Source of the DNA: Antedon mediterranea
Taxonomy: Eukaryota > Animalia > Echinodermata
DNA: 64,000 nt
Assembly: GCF_964355755.1 (NCBI RefSeq)
Contig: NC_092677.1
Span: forward strand, 5,354,101 to 5,418,100
Reading direction: 5' to 3'
Part shown: positions 12,691 to 26,900 of the stretch, in pieces
Layout of the letters: every line of letters starts with the position of its first letter
How positions within the stretch are numbered: position 1 is the stretch's first letter
Notes under the pieces: model-generated
Told to the model about the DNA's origin: nothing
Seen by the model: the letters and a program-made list of their open reading frames with translations, nothing else
Databases searched by the model: none
Made by a program: the position numbers and the translations under genes

Positions 12691-15600
12691 ATGCATTTGC
12701 TAGTAGGTGTAGTCATATTCCTTTGTCTGATTAAATATGGTAAGTATTTTTTTCATAATTGTTTTAATTATTTATTTGTCTAACTATACAGTACAGTTTA
12801 TATACTTTAATTTTTATTTTTTTAAATTATGTAGTAGCTGACTACAGCAAATACATGAAACATCTCTGGTGTATAAAAATGGACTGAACAGTAAAAATTA
12901 ATTACTTTGCCTCATGTATTCTTTAATTTCTAGAGGCCCAAGGTCAGTTGGTGACAGCATCTGACCAGTCAGCCAATGAAGGTGATGAAGTGGTGATAAC
13001 TTGTGATTATTATTTATTAGTCATTAATACTACACTTCATGCAATACAATGGGATGAAGTAAATGAAAATGGAGGAACTCTCAACGCAGGAATTGTGAAT
13101 AGTAACAAATTGTATAATAGACGTTTCAGTTTAGACACTGATCCTGATCGTTCTACAGCTAGCCTGGTGATTGCACACGTTTTCAGAAATGATTCTCAAA
13201 GAAGATTTCAATGTCAGATAACAACAAAAAGTGGAGAAATTGAATTATCAAAACCTCCATCTATTCTAACAGTTTACTGTAAGTAAATTAAAAAAATTGT
13301 TCTTTAACATACCTCCTATTCTTGCCATTTGATTGGTTAATTACGCATCATGTGTCATTCAACGACAAAGTGCTACCTAATGAGAATAATTTGTAAACAT
13401 TGTGCGAATTTGCCATGCACGGTTGTTGACTGATCAACTTGTGCACGCCATCTAGAATTGTTAAAACTCCGCACCAAAAATTGATGCATTGCTTCCTGGC
13501 CCTATGTAGCCTTCCAGCATAACCTAGATAAATTGAATAAAAGTTTATTTTAAGCATGTGTGTATTATAAAACAAATAATGAATGTTTTTATTCATTGAA
13601 AGGTGAGAATATTTCTAACTACACATAAACATTCCTTATTTGTATACTATATCACTGGAATCTTTTTAGGTGATATCTAGTATAGTTAGTATACCCAGTG
13701 TGATACACTGCAGTTTTTATTTTTCTGTGAAATTTAGTCTTTAAAGGCCAGAGGAGATAATGGTTGTTGTCAGCATTCTAAATATTTCTGTGTGCGATTT
13801 TGGTAAACTTTAAACTTTCATTCAGGGTGTAAGAGCAACCAACAATTGAAACTCTTGACAATAGGCATATTTTCATTTATTCTGTTGACATATTTTCAAA
13901 ATATGATTTGTTGTACAGTATGTTATATTAGTAGGTCTAGACCCAGGGCCAATTCAATTTCAATTTTTCCCATCCTGCTTCATATATATTTTTTGAAAAA
14001 ACAAAGATGAAAGAAAATATTTTTGGATACAGGACAAAATTCCACAAGTAATCTATTACGATGGCTTATAGTAAATAAAGAAAATTATTTTTCGTAGACT
14101 TGAACCAACCACTTCTTAAAGCAACAGCAAACACTGTCTACGAAGGTCAATCAGTGACCTTTATCTGTAGTAAACCTGATGGTGATCCTACGCCTGACAT
14201 TACTTGGTATAAAGGTGGCCAGATAGTCAACACAGACAACCCTTCTAGATATGAGATTGTAAATAACAGTACAGAGTCAGTTCTTAAGATTAAATCAGCT
14301 ACTAAAGAAGATGGTGGGAGATATACATGTAAAGCAGAAAGTGATCAGTTTAAAGGAGAGGATGCTGAGACAAGTGTTGGAAAACAGTTGGATATATATT
14401 GTATGAAAACAAACATCTTTGAAATGTTTTATTATAACTACTCTTATAGACTTTTTTTAATGAAGTATTGAGTAATTAGCATGTGCTGTTTTTATATCAA
14501 ATCACAACTACAAATAACCAGTTTTATTTTAATCAAATTCTATATTAAAAAATGAAATAAACAAACTGCAGTCCTTAAATTGTTTTCAAGCTATAAATAA
14601 GGAAGTAATAACCAGTTAATTGGTATTTAAAAATAAATGTTAACTTTTTTGTTAAGTTAATTTGTGTTTTGACCAGTCATTTGAAATTTCTGTTGAATGA
14701 ATTGTAGATGTACAGTACCGTAGATCAATTTTGATGAGATTGACAATAACTGCTGTCCCTTTTTAGATATCATTGTTACTTTTACATCTGAAGATGGTAT
14801 TGCAACATGTACAGCAGAGGGCTATCCCAAGCCATCATCAGTATTGATATTACAAGATGGAAAAGTGGTTAAGAAAGGAGAAAATACAGCAACTATTGAA
14901 ATTACTGCAGAGATATGTCAATCAGATCTCACATGTTATGCAGAAAATGGACATCTTAATAAAACAAAAGGAATCAAGAACTGTGATGCAGGTATAATAC
15001 ATAGCAATTTTGTTATGCTTAATTAGCAATGGAACTTGGTTACCTTTATTAATTTTTATTTTTTTTTGCACATAAAATTCTTTGAATTATTTGTTTGTTG
15101 CTTAATTGTTCTCTCTATCAGTGACCACAAACAGTTGAGGCATGTAGTATGCAAATGTTTAGCAAACCAAAGACTTGCCCCTGTTTGTGGTGAAGGTGAT
15201 GATATAAGAAAATCAACCAAATGTACAGTTGTTTTTAATTATAGTAATGGTTGTATTGCAAAAATCTAAATCTTAAATCAGTTTTATTCTTTGTGATATT
15301 GATTTATATTTTTTATGATACATTAATTTTGTTTTATTGATTGTAATATTAATTGTTACATTTACAATGCTTTCAGTTTTGTATCTGTTTTGGAGAGAGT
15401 TGAATTTTTGAATGGATAGAATAATAAAACACCTACTGTATGTAAATTGGATTAACTCATACCAGGAGAGTTAACTCTTCCCTGCTCATACCAAGGTTTA
15501 TATGTTATGGTAAATACTATATTTTTTAAAATGTTTTTTTATAAATTTTTAATAAAAATAAATAATTTTTCTTATACCTGTTGCAGGCAGTTCAGGATCA

Positions 15601-15932
15601 TCAAACACCGTCTGGATTATTTTTGTGGTGATTGTTGTATTCATCCCTTTCTGGTTTCTGTTACTTCTTGTTTGTAAGTAATATCTTAATTTTTTACTTC
15701 TCATAGCAGTTGCACAATGTAAACATTATTCCTGATTACAATCTTTCTTTCATATTAGCATAAAAACGGCTTGTTCAGACCTAAAAGAAGTTTGCACTTC
15801 TTGCTATAATTCCTAGTCATATGAACTTAATTAAATTACTTTTATTTCATATTATATAAGAGATAATTCATTTTTTTTTCATTTCATATTCATTTCATTT
15901 TCATTAAAAGATAAAAAGAAATTTGGAAGCTG
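12691..15932 (+). CDS. B-type Ig receptor B1, ectodomain and TM: SP 12691-12739, V 12934-13278, I-set 14098-14400, short Ig 14767-14991, TM 15587-15673, basic micro-exon 15911-15932
   Basis: Signal MHLLVGVVIFLCLIKY; V with TC...W...RNDSQRRFQC; I-set with C...WYK...EDGGRYTC; TM TVWIIFVVIVVFIPFWFLLLLV followed by YKKKFGS; canonical splice sites in phase. Confidence 0.85.
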
Positions 15933-16547
15933 GTGAGTTTAGTCTGATAACTTTAAATTACTGTATTTTGATTAGGATTTACAATACTGTAGTATCACTG
16001 CAGTACAAACACTTTTATTGCAATCCATAATGTAATTTTGCACAAACATTCAATGCTCTCAGAATCGCCTGCCCCACATCCTGATTTCTCATTTTATAGA
16101 TAAATAGCAGGCTACCAATCCAAAGGCCTTTGGTTCGTCAAATCCTGTCATGTCAGTACTTATGGTTATCCTTGGCAATTGGCCTAATGAACAAAACGAT
16201 AAACATTATTATTTTGTATTGTACCCTAAATCACTTGTTAGTGGTGGTGGTCAACGAAGAAGACCCTTGTATGGTGCACAGCTTCTTTTAGTTATATTAT
16301 TGTTTTCTATTTTATTAATCCTACAGCATTGGTACTAATTGCAGTGGTGGAGTTACCCATGTGGCTTTAGAGGTTGGCTATGAATATTTGTGATTTCTAT
16401 TAAAGTCTAGTTTGAGGAGAAGATGGGGATTTTTTGTTGGGCTAGTAGGCTATCAAATTGACCAGATTTGTAGTAGGAAATTGTTAAATATTTTAATTAT
16501 CCCTGGGAAGGGTTTTAGTTTAGTGTGGGGTTGTACTGCTATCAACC

Positions 16548-16675
16548 TCTGTGGCGCAGTGGTTAGAGCATTAGACTTGCAATCGAGAGGTTGCCGGTTC
16601 AAGCCCCGGCCCCGACCAGCACTCAACATTTCCGACCAGGATTTACAGGCTGCCGACCACCACTATTATTTATTA
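16548..16675 (+). mobile_element. tRNA-derived SINE-like sequence (not called as a functional tRNA)
   Basis: A box TGGCGCAGTGG, loop GACTTGCAATC, B box GGTTCAAGCC; poor acceptor stem, unrelated tail ending in TAT repeats. Confidence 0.55.
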
Positions 16676-17931
16676 ATCATTACGATATTTATATTTAGGC
16701 CTAGGCCTAACTAAAATTCGTACTAAAACATTTTACCTAGCACATCGTTAATAACAGACAAGCTAGCCTCATATAGATAAGACAAAAGACTACAGCAAAT
16801 GTTTCCGTGGTTACGTACGTTACTTTATTTGTAACACAATACCAGGCCTACCCTGCCCTGGTATTCATTGTTACAGCTTGTGAGTCATGGCGAACAACGT
16901 GCTACACAGCACAGTGTACAAGTTTAAAGTTCACATAGCGACCATTCAAGCGTTTTATTTTGCACAGATTAAAAATACAAACAACTAGAAAGCCACTCCG
17001 AGAGTGCATACCTCCGCCTACTGTAAAATTCTCCTACATATTGGGGTGATGAAGTACAACATGATTAGAATTATACTTGGAAAATTTACTACATTTGAAT
17101 TATCCTGGGATGGCCTGGGAGAGGAAAAAGAAGGCTGGGGCAGAGGTAATTCAGTCGTATCAAAATTAGATATTTTAATCATTAGCCAATATGACACCTA
17201 TCCATTTACACAGTTGCAAGGAACTTTAAACTATCATACAGTAGTTATGTATCGCCCTCTCATTATGAAGCTAAAGTTTTTGAATTGAGATTTGTACTGG
17301 GTAGTGAGGGGCGTGATTGTAGAGGGTGGAGGTGGGTGAGTATAGGGAGATACTGGCGTCCAGGGGTTATGAGGTATCAACATATGGGAATTGTACTGAG
17401 AAGGTTTTAAACTAAATTTGTAACCTGCCCTGTGTGGGTATATTTGGTAGTTTATGATAAGTAGTTGTGAGCAATTTTGTTTTATAATTAATAATTACTT
17501 TACTTTTTGAACCTTGTACCTGGAAAAATTTGAAAATCAGTACTAAAGTATTTTCTGGAAATGCAATCAAAGAAATAAACTAACTAACTTTAGAACAGCA
17601 GTCTAAACACTCCACATATTGTGTGTCCTTGGGAAATTTAGATAATGATTAAAAGAATAACATACCTTACATTTTGGTAAAAGAGATACTGGATGCTATG
17701 TAAGCTCTGCTATCTTTTCTGGCTGTTTTACTTTATCGTTTTCATTTAGCTTTTCGCTTTTTTTTTTGTATCTCCATTGCGATCCAGCCACTGATACCCA
17801 CAGCATTGTCATTTTTTCAATAATTTGCCTTTGAATTTGTATATATGCTATGTAATATAAGGTTTACTATCAATCAACTATAACAGTTATTCTATGCAAA
17901 ACTAATTTTGTATTATGCTTTCAAAGACAAG

Positions 17932-20900
17932 TCGTATTGATGATCCTGAGGTTGCAACATCATTCATGGTACGTCCAGAAAATGAAGGTAAACTTTGCCA
18001 TTAATATCCCTGAATAATAAAAGACATATGGCTATAAAGGTCTCAGAGAAAAAAGATAGTATATGCATTATAATTTATTATAAATGGCATTAACTTTTGA
18101 TTAGAAATTTAAAAGGAAAGGAACATGTGGTTGCTTTAAAAAGGCTATTATTTTCAGTAATGTTCCCATGCAGTATGCTATTAATTTTTGCCCTTGCACA
18201 GCAATTGTTTATGTGTTGTCTTTGTTATTATTCTATCTAGAAACAGATTCGATTGAAAGGTAAATTGTGGTATTTAAAATTGTCTATTTCAAGCTTTGGA
18301 AGTGTACTTCACTTTTCTCTTCTAAAATTGACTGAAAAAAAAAAAACAACTATGCGTAAAGTAGAATTATTAATGACATTTTTATTGCCAAGGAATCATT
18401 AATTAGTAATTAATTGCCTTTATTCTTCGCAAGGTAAGGTGGACGTGACGCCTTACTAGGCAACCATATTTAAAAATATTCTACTGATATTTGGCTAAAT
18501 AATATAACAGATATCACCTTTTATATCAGTGAAATATAAGATTTGAAATCCCCTTGGGAATGATATTTTTCTTTTGAGGATATGTATTTCTCTTTGCTTT
18601 GCTTCGGAAAATATATATTCCCACGAGAAAAATATCATTTCCTCTGGGGATGTCAAATCTTTTATTCATCTTTAAGCATAGTACTGTATCTCCATTTTCC
18701 ACTTTCTCTGGGAAAAATTTAGAAAAGTTTTTCTCAACTAATTTGTGTCATATGGGGTCTTGAAAAACCAAAAGGTGACCATTTAGTAAACTTAAAAATG
18801 TTGTATTTGGATTCCTTGACCCTTAAAACATATACTTTTCCACTAAAATCATATCCATACATGACGTAGAAGCTGATACTGTATGAGCAAAAATCTGTAT
18901 TTTATGGTGACCATTTTAAAAAACCAAAATGGTTTTTTTTGGTGGATAAATAGTGTACACCCTTTATTGGCCCATTTTAGACATTTATAAAATTTAGACT
19001 AGGATATTGGCAGGCAATATCTATATAATACCAATTTACTATTGCTAACCTAAAGTTGGTTACTGTCTTTTTCCATGCATATTATAATGTTCCTTCACTG
19101 CTACCTATTGTCATATTTATAATGGTTTTCTTCATTGTTGGTATACTGTTTACTGTGATATACTATATATTAACATTACTCATTACTCATACCTATGACA
19201 AATTTATTGTAACTGTATACTATTGAAATATTTGTACTACAGTATATAAGTACTATCTAAATTAGTGCCAATTTGTACCAAACATTAAATTACAAGTGTA
19301 TTTATCTTTGACTTGACATTTTCCCATATAATAACATGCACCCCTGCCTTCCCTTTCAGCACTGTTTTTTTCCTGATATTTACTTTTTTTCCATTAGACC
19401 TCTTAGACATGAAACTGCTTATGAGGGTCAGAAGGATTTTAAGTTACTCCTAGACCTACCAAATCTGGACATTTCTGCTGCAATATCCAATATTGCATGG
19501 TATAAGCAAAATGGAGCAGAGAAATTGCTGACATCTTTCCCATCACATAATACAATGTCATGCTATCAATGTGGATTTGTGGATAAGTCGAGTAAAGTGT
19601 ACCTTAAGATCAGTGATGTTGAATCTAAAGATGCAGGAAAATACATATGTAAAGTGGAAGTTAAAGGAAAACCGGATATATATGAGTGTTCTGGAATGTT
19701 GACAGTTACGGGTAATACTGTATATCTATACATTAAATCATCCTTGAAACATTTTATTTATTCAGGATTAAAGGGGGTAAACAAAACAATTGAAGAAGGG
19801 CTTGTCATTTCATGGGTAGGTGCTGATACTGTACTCCCAAATTGCCTGGGAAATGCTTTACTTCAATACACTACTAAAAAATGATCCGAATTATGAAATT
19901 AAAGGCACAGTACCAAAGTCAAAATTTACCATGTCCATTTCAGCCTCCAGAAATAAACTTTCAAGTTTTTTTTATGTTTAAAAAAAAGAATGATGTTTTA
20001 ATACAAATGTTCTGAATTTTTCTATCTTGTTTTGTTTTTATAGATGTTGTCGAAATGAAGATTGTCAGTGTTTCTACTTATGAGGGAAGAAATGCTGCTC
20101 AATTGTTTTTAGACCTAGAATGGTTTGATAATGCTGCTAAAATATCCAGTACAGAGTGGTATAAGCAAGTTGAAGGTAAAGATATCCCACTTATGGAAAT
20201 GCAGTCACATAAGAAACGCTATAAATTTGGATATGTTACTAAAAACAAAGGATATCTTAACATTAAAAAGGTGAATTGTAAAGATTCAGGAATATACACA
20301 TGTAAAGTGCAAGTTAGAAGAAGAGAGAAACCATATACATGTTCTGGAGAGTTAACAGTTGAAGGTAATAAATCTATACGTATCTTTGAAACTTTTTCAA
20401 TTCAGTTGCAACACATTTGCTTTAATTGATTTGTCTAATATATCCAAGTTTCTTAAAACTAGATTAAACAATTTTTATAATGCATGGTAGACAATCTTTT
20501 AAAGAAAATTAATGAAAAATCTCATAAAAATATTATTTAAGTAAAGTACTCAAGAGAACATTTTATTGGTGATTTTAAAATAAAACTAGAGGGTACTCCG
20601 AGAGTACAAACCTCCGCCTACTGTAAAATTCCTCTACATAAAATGCCCCCTGAATATTTTTTTTTAACATTTTTTTTTATTAGTTCTAAGTGTAAATATG
20701 TTAACTGCACACTACAAAGTTGTGGATGACAGTGTGGTGAAATGGTTATGTATCCAGCCTCTCACAGTTGAGGTCGCTGGTTCCAGCCCCACTGATGGTT
20801 TTTTTTTTTTTAATTATTTTTTTATTTATTTTTTTTTTGGTGGACCTTGATCTTTGACCCTGACCCTTCAAAATGTAACCACAATTATATGATGTGTCAT

Positions 20901-23900
20901 TGATCATTGTGGCTAAGTTTGGTGAGAATCGGATCAAAACTGTGGTCTCTAGACAGTAAAATAGTTTTTTGTTAGTTGTGACCTTGACCTATGACCTTTC
21001 CCCCTCAAATTCGAACTCGTCCGAGCTTTTTGGGCATAGATCATTGTGTCCAAATTTGGTTAGAATCGGATAAAAACTGTGGCCTCCAGGCTGTTCACAG
21101 ACACACACACAAACACACAAACACACACACAAACACACACACAAACATACAGGGGTGAAAACATAACCTCCTTGGCGGAGGTAATAACATGAAATCTTAC
21201 TATATAGGATGATGAATATTAAGAGCCATTGTCTGTAAGGATCAAAGAAATATCAAAAAGAGTGGCAGACTCAAAAAAGTGGATTTCTTTCAAATTTTGC
21301 ACATGGCTATATATGTGTTGAGAGAAATCAAATATGAAGTATTTTTTATTTCACACGTATATTTCTATGGCAACAGCCAAATTTGTGTTTTTGACAAATT
21401 TTGTCCTTTTTTAAGGTTTTTTAAAATGGATATTGGTACTACTTTGATGAACGATATTTTTGTTTTGTTCATTTAATTGTGTACCTGTTTCATATTTTTT
21501 TATTTTTTTGGATTTCATACTTTGGGAGATACCATTTATTTAAAAAGGGGTGTTTTTCACTTTTTTTAAATTGTTCAATGCAACTAAACTTTACTTCACC
21601 ATAATGCCCAAAGTGGTGTATTTTTTTAGCTGATTTATTACAAATTTGGTAGGTAGTTCTAATGTTTAATAATTGATTTCTAAAATAAAATACTGGGGTA
21701 ATTCTAAAATCTACAAGCAGTGTTGCGAGAAACATAGGCATTTTTATAAGAAAAAAAACATGGTATATTAGTAAAAACTTTTTATTTTCTTTGATTATTT
21801 GATTTGAAATTCATTGGTCAGAAAAATCCTCAATGTTTTATATAGTTCTAGTTGTGTTGTGAGAAAAAAAAAATTTTAATTATAGATTCTGTAATTCCCA
21901 GTTTTAATGTCATTTTATAGGTTATCCTCTGGAAATTTGAATAAATTATCAGATCGTTGTGAATTTTAATCTTTGCAACAGATTACTCCTCTCTTATTTT
22001 GAAGCTCCTCTTTCATTTGTTTACTTCTTTTATTTGCTAACCTAAGCAGATCCCACATGCCCATCCACCACCACTTTCGACTACCCCCCCCCCCCCCCCC
22101 CCCCGACAATAACCACAAAAAGATAAACTGCAACACTTTGGTCGATCATCCACTATCCACGATCAAATGCATGCATTCAAGCACCACCCACACTGCCGCT
22201 ACCATCGCCCCAATGAATAGACGGATTCAAACTCCTCCATCCCACCCCTTCCCCCTTTCTCCAAGCCCCCACCCACCCCAATTTAAAAATTGCAATGCAA
22301 AAGATAGGACATAAAGTTAAGTTTTTAGACCCTCGCCTTCAACACTCTAACTATTTCAAAGTCCTGGATCCACCACTTTCTCCTCCCCAAAATAGAACCA
22401 ATCAAAAGTCAATGATATACTCAGGTATGTTAATGCTGGGTCATTCTTCAGTAAGTGTCTAATTTCAGGTTTATAAAAAATCGATTTTAAAATTTGCATT
22501 TTTTAAATTTTAAAAGTTTATTCAGATAAATGAACATGTGTATTACATGGCAAGCGTATGTTTGGCGCAATCTTATTATATATTATATATTTCGTATTTT
22601 ATTCGTATTTATAAATACATGGTTCTATATTACTGTCATTTCCGTCACCTTTATGGAATATACAAAGATAGAAAAAATAACGGTTTAGGAATTATAAAAT
22701 TATTTCCATTCCATTATTAATTCTTTGATACTATATATTATTTTTGTCTCTATTCATCAAAAAATGATTGTTTTAACATTTATTAGTATGATGTTATACG
22801 TTCAAAACCATTTACTATTCCAAAAAATAATAATTTTCAGAAAATAGTATGACTGTCACTGATGTTTTACAAAATTCTGTTGAACTAATATTACTATCCA
22901 TTGACATAGTAGAAGAATATTGTTTATATTTCAATATACCACATAATTGCGTTCATTACTTAAATATTTTAGGATTTAAAAGGATAAAATATCCATGTGA
23001 CGGAGATGAAACCGTGACGGATATGACGAACTTTAAAAATCATGTGACGGAGATGACTTTAAAATATGATTTGATTATGTTTATTGACCAGAGTCACATA
23101 GATACAATGTAATAACATAATAAAGATATACAAAACAAAATGTACAACAAAAAAAGGCCCTGGCAAAAGCAAAAAGTCATATCCGTCACGGGCCGTCATC
23201 TCCGTCACAACGAAACATTGGGAAATGTGACGGAGCTGACCGTGACGGAGATGATGTATTTAGCATTGGACAGCCTAGGATCACATCGTAGGCATGTCTG
23301 ACAGCGGAGACGGATTGCATACTTCTAGATACCATGAATAACTTGTACTTCCAGTTGAAAAAAAAACAGAAATTATAATTATTTAATGAGTTCTATACTG
23401 TTCGGATATGACATTCAATAAAGGTACGCAACTGTAATTTTTCTAAAACCTCGTTTTATTAGCTTTTTTCCTCTTTTATTGAAAATGATGTGCGGCTAGT
23501 TTTATTTCAATATCTTCGCATGTTTACAACGCACAGTCAATTTCTTTCCCCGCCGTTCATTAAACTGTAGACGGCACATTTAAATTATGTGACGGAAATG
23601 ACACAAAACTGCGGGACAAGCTTTTTCCAAACAAAAACTTTAAAGTTTGAGATTTAATGTATGTAGAGATGTATTTCGAAGAATATAATCGCATGAAATC
23701 ATGATTAACTAACTTTTTACAATATTTTCGATAACAAAAGTCCTGTTATCAAATATATACGGCGATCATAAAATTGAAGATGTACGATCGGGACATAGGA
23801 TTTTAGGGGGTTGCCTGAAAAATTTTTATAAAAATTAACAATATCAATGTTATTATCTTTGTTTTATGTAATTAATTATATTTACAATAATGTTGATTAT

Positions 23901-26900
23901 GATTTAAGTCAAGAATTTTTATTTTTTAATGATGAATTTTCAGTCTCTATCCCACCAAAGTATCGGGACACGATTTTAGACACTTACTGAAGAATGACCC
24001 TGCTACTTAACAAATATTGAAGCCCTGATGTGAAATTTCATTTCATTTAAAGATGTACAGTATTGTCCCTTTGACTAATTCCCAACAAATTTTTTGTTAA
24101 ATTTCGAAAAAAAGTGGGTCATTTTGAAGTATCATAATAGTTATTAACTTTCATCAAAAATCAGTCGAAAAAAAAAATAATTTAACCGAAATACAGATGT
24201 TTTTTTGTTCAAAAAATAACTTTGACTTCCAGTCAAAGTTTTCAATCAAAACATATCTCATAATGCAACGCGCTTGTTTGGCTACTCTGTATGCATAATC
24301 ATAAAACTTCCTCGCGATCTGTGTGAAAACACCTTCTCAACCGTGACGAGTTGTAAACAATCCTAATTAGCATCATGCATAATGCATACTCATGGTTTGA
24401 AATCTTTGTTTACTTTCGCTTGTGACGATTTCCCAGACGAAATGTAATCAAATTAATTTACCTGTTAATTATGTAAACTTGTTGTTTTTGGCTCGAATTT
24501 TCGACTTAAAGTGAATAACTTTAATATTACTTTGATATGGCCAATTGAAATTTAGAATATCTTTTTTTTTCATTTTTTGTGTTTCAAGGGACAATACATC
24601 TTTAAGGTCAGCATGTAAATATCACACTTTTTTTTATTAAATATTTGTTGTAAATTCTATATTTTTTTTACTGTGATGGTTGGATTCAGTATTAATTATT
24701 AATTAATAATTATCTGATAATTATTTAATTTCCCTTAGTTATGCATAGCAACAGTTACTATGGTAACTAAAATTGAAATATTCTTTAGATTTTGCATATT
24801 TATCTTATACAAATTTAAATTTGTAGATTATTAGCAGGCATGCCTTATTTGCATTTTCAAATTACCGTTTCACAAGGTCATACTCGTAAGCACTTTCTTC
24901 TGTGATTATTTTTATTCATGAAAACCCCATATTTTATTTACAGCGGGCACTTCCCCCGTAAGCGGCCACCTCCCTTAACGGACGCACTTTGAAAAGCCTG
25001 TTTGTTCTTCCTATCTAATTAGTGCATTTGATGCTTACCGTAAGCAGCTGAGGGCACCTTTTTATACTAAAAATGAGATTTTTTGTAAGCGGCCAATCGA
25101 AAAATGGGATACTTATTGCATGGACCTATGAATTAGAAGTCCATGTTTATTGTATTTCTTTATATATTAGCTTTATTTTGAAGAGGTTTTAAAAACATTA
25201 CTGTGAAGAGATGAGAAAACTACACAGATTTTCATATGATAAAAGCTTTTAAAATGTGTCTGAAAATGCTAAAAAATACTAAACCACCTGATCATAAATA
25301 ATAATAGGCCTACAATTAGCTGGAAAATTGAGAGGCTCGTTTCATTAAGAATATCGTATATAGCCATAATACATGATTTTGGCCCTTTATCGGCAGAACC
25401 TCCCGTAAGGGGTCACCGCCCGTAAGGCGTCATGAAACCCCATATTAAAAATATTGTACTTGGTTACGTATAGAAACAGTTGCTACAATACACTATAGGT
25501 AAAATGTTGATGTCATTTGACCTCAATATGTAAAATATTTTTTTTTTTCATGAAAACTCCATATTTAATTAAAAAAAAAATATCCTTAGTTACGTAAACA
25601 GGCTTAAGATAACACTAAAGGTCAATGTTTTACCTTTATTCAGATTTGTCAAGGCTTTCTTTCTGAGATTATTAGGATTCAGTATTTAAAGTAAATTTGG
25701 CAAAAAGTAGAAATGTAAAACTATGTAGAAAACATGTTTTGTATTTATGAAAAACCCCTTATTTTTTTGAAATTTACGCATAGAAACAGTTACTATGGTA
25801 AATGTTGACCTCATTTGACCTCAAAATGAATGAATTTACAGGGTCAAGTTTGTCATTAATAGAATGCAGTAGAAGTAAAATTGAGAAAAATTACAAATGC
25901 AATCAATTATTTGTATTTATAAAAACGCCATTTTTACGTTTAAAAAAAAATTACTTTCCTTAGTTACACATAGAAATGGTTGCTAAGGTAACACTATAGG
26001 TAAAAAATGAAAATTGTTGAGAATTTTTATAAACTATCTTGTAAATTTTGATCAAACATTAATAGTTGTAGTAAAGTGGGGACCTGTCCTGTTTGCGTGT
26101 TTTTTTTTTCCAGGACGAACGTGGGCAGAAATCATGAATAATTCATTACCTTAATTATTTTCTATTATAAAAAATTGCAAGATAGCTGATCTACTCCCTA
26201 AATATACTAAACCTAACCCTCTAAATAATCTCTCTCAATTATAAAAAAAAACATGTTCATAAAGGACCTCGAACCCAGAGCTCCAGTGTAATAGGTTAAA
26301 GCCTTTACCACTAGACTAAACATTTCGGTTGGCAAACGCTGTTTACACTAATTATTTAATCTCTCTGCATGCTTATAAAGCGCCCTCTATAATGTTCTTT
26401 ATTATGTCATAATTATTCATGAATTATTCATGATTTCTGCCCACGTTCGTCCTGGAAAAAAAAATTACGCGTCCCGTTTTGCATTCTGACCTCTTTTGAC
26501 CTCAAATGACCTATTTACAAGGTCAGATTTTTTGGGAGGTCTTTCTGTATCTCTTTACACAAAATAGATTAAAAAATTTATAAAAACCATTGACGCAATT
26601 ATTTCAAAGTTTAACAATATTTTCCATCAACTAAATATTTCAATGCAAAATACTGTTTTTCTGGCAATTAATTGAAATAAACCTGGCAACACATTCTCCT
26701 ATTTTATCTAAACTATTCGTATGACTCTAGAGTAGCATTATGACATTTGATTAGCCATATTTAAATTGTGTTTCATGTGTTTTGTTTGTTGATATTTTGT
26801 TTGTATTTTTTTGTATTTTTCGTATTTTCCTGGCAACACAAAACATATGTACGAAATTTACCCCAGTGTTTTTTTCGTGATTATTGTTGACAAACCTATT

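Noticed and set aside
16548-16615. tRNA-Cys(GCA)-like gene
   Set aside because: Acceptor stem pairs poorly and a SINE-like tail follows
22057-22314. Proline-rich ORF
   Set aside because: Arises from a poly-C tract in transposon-internal DNA
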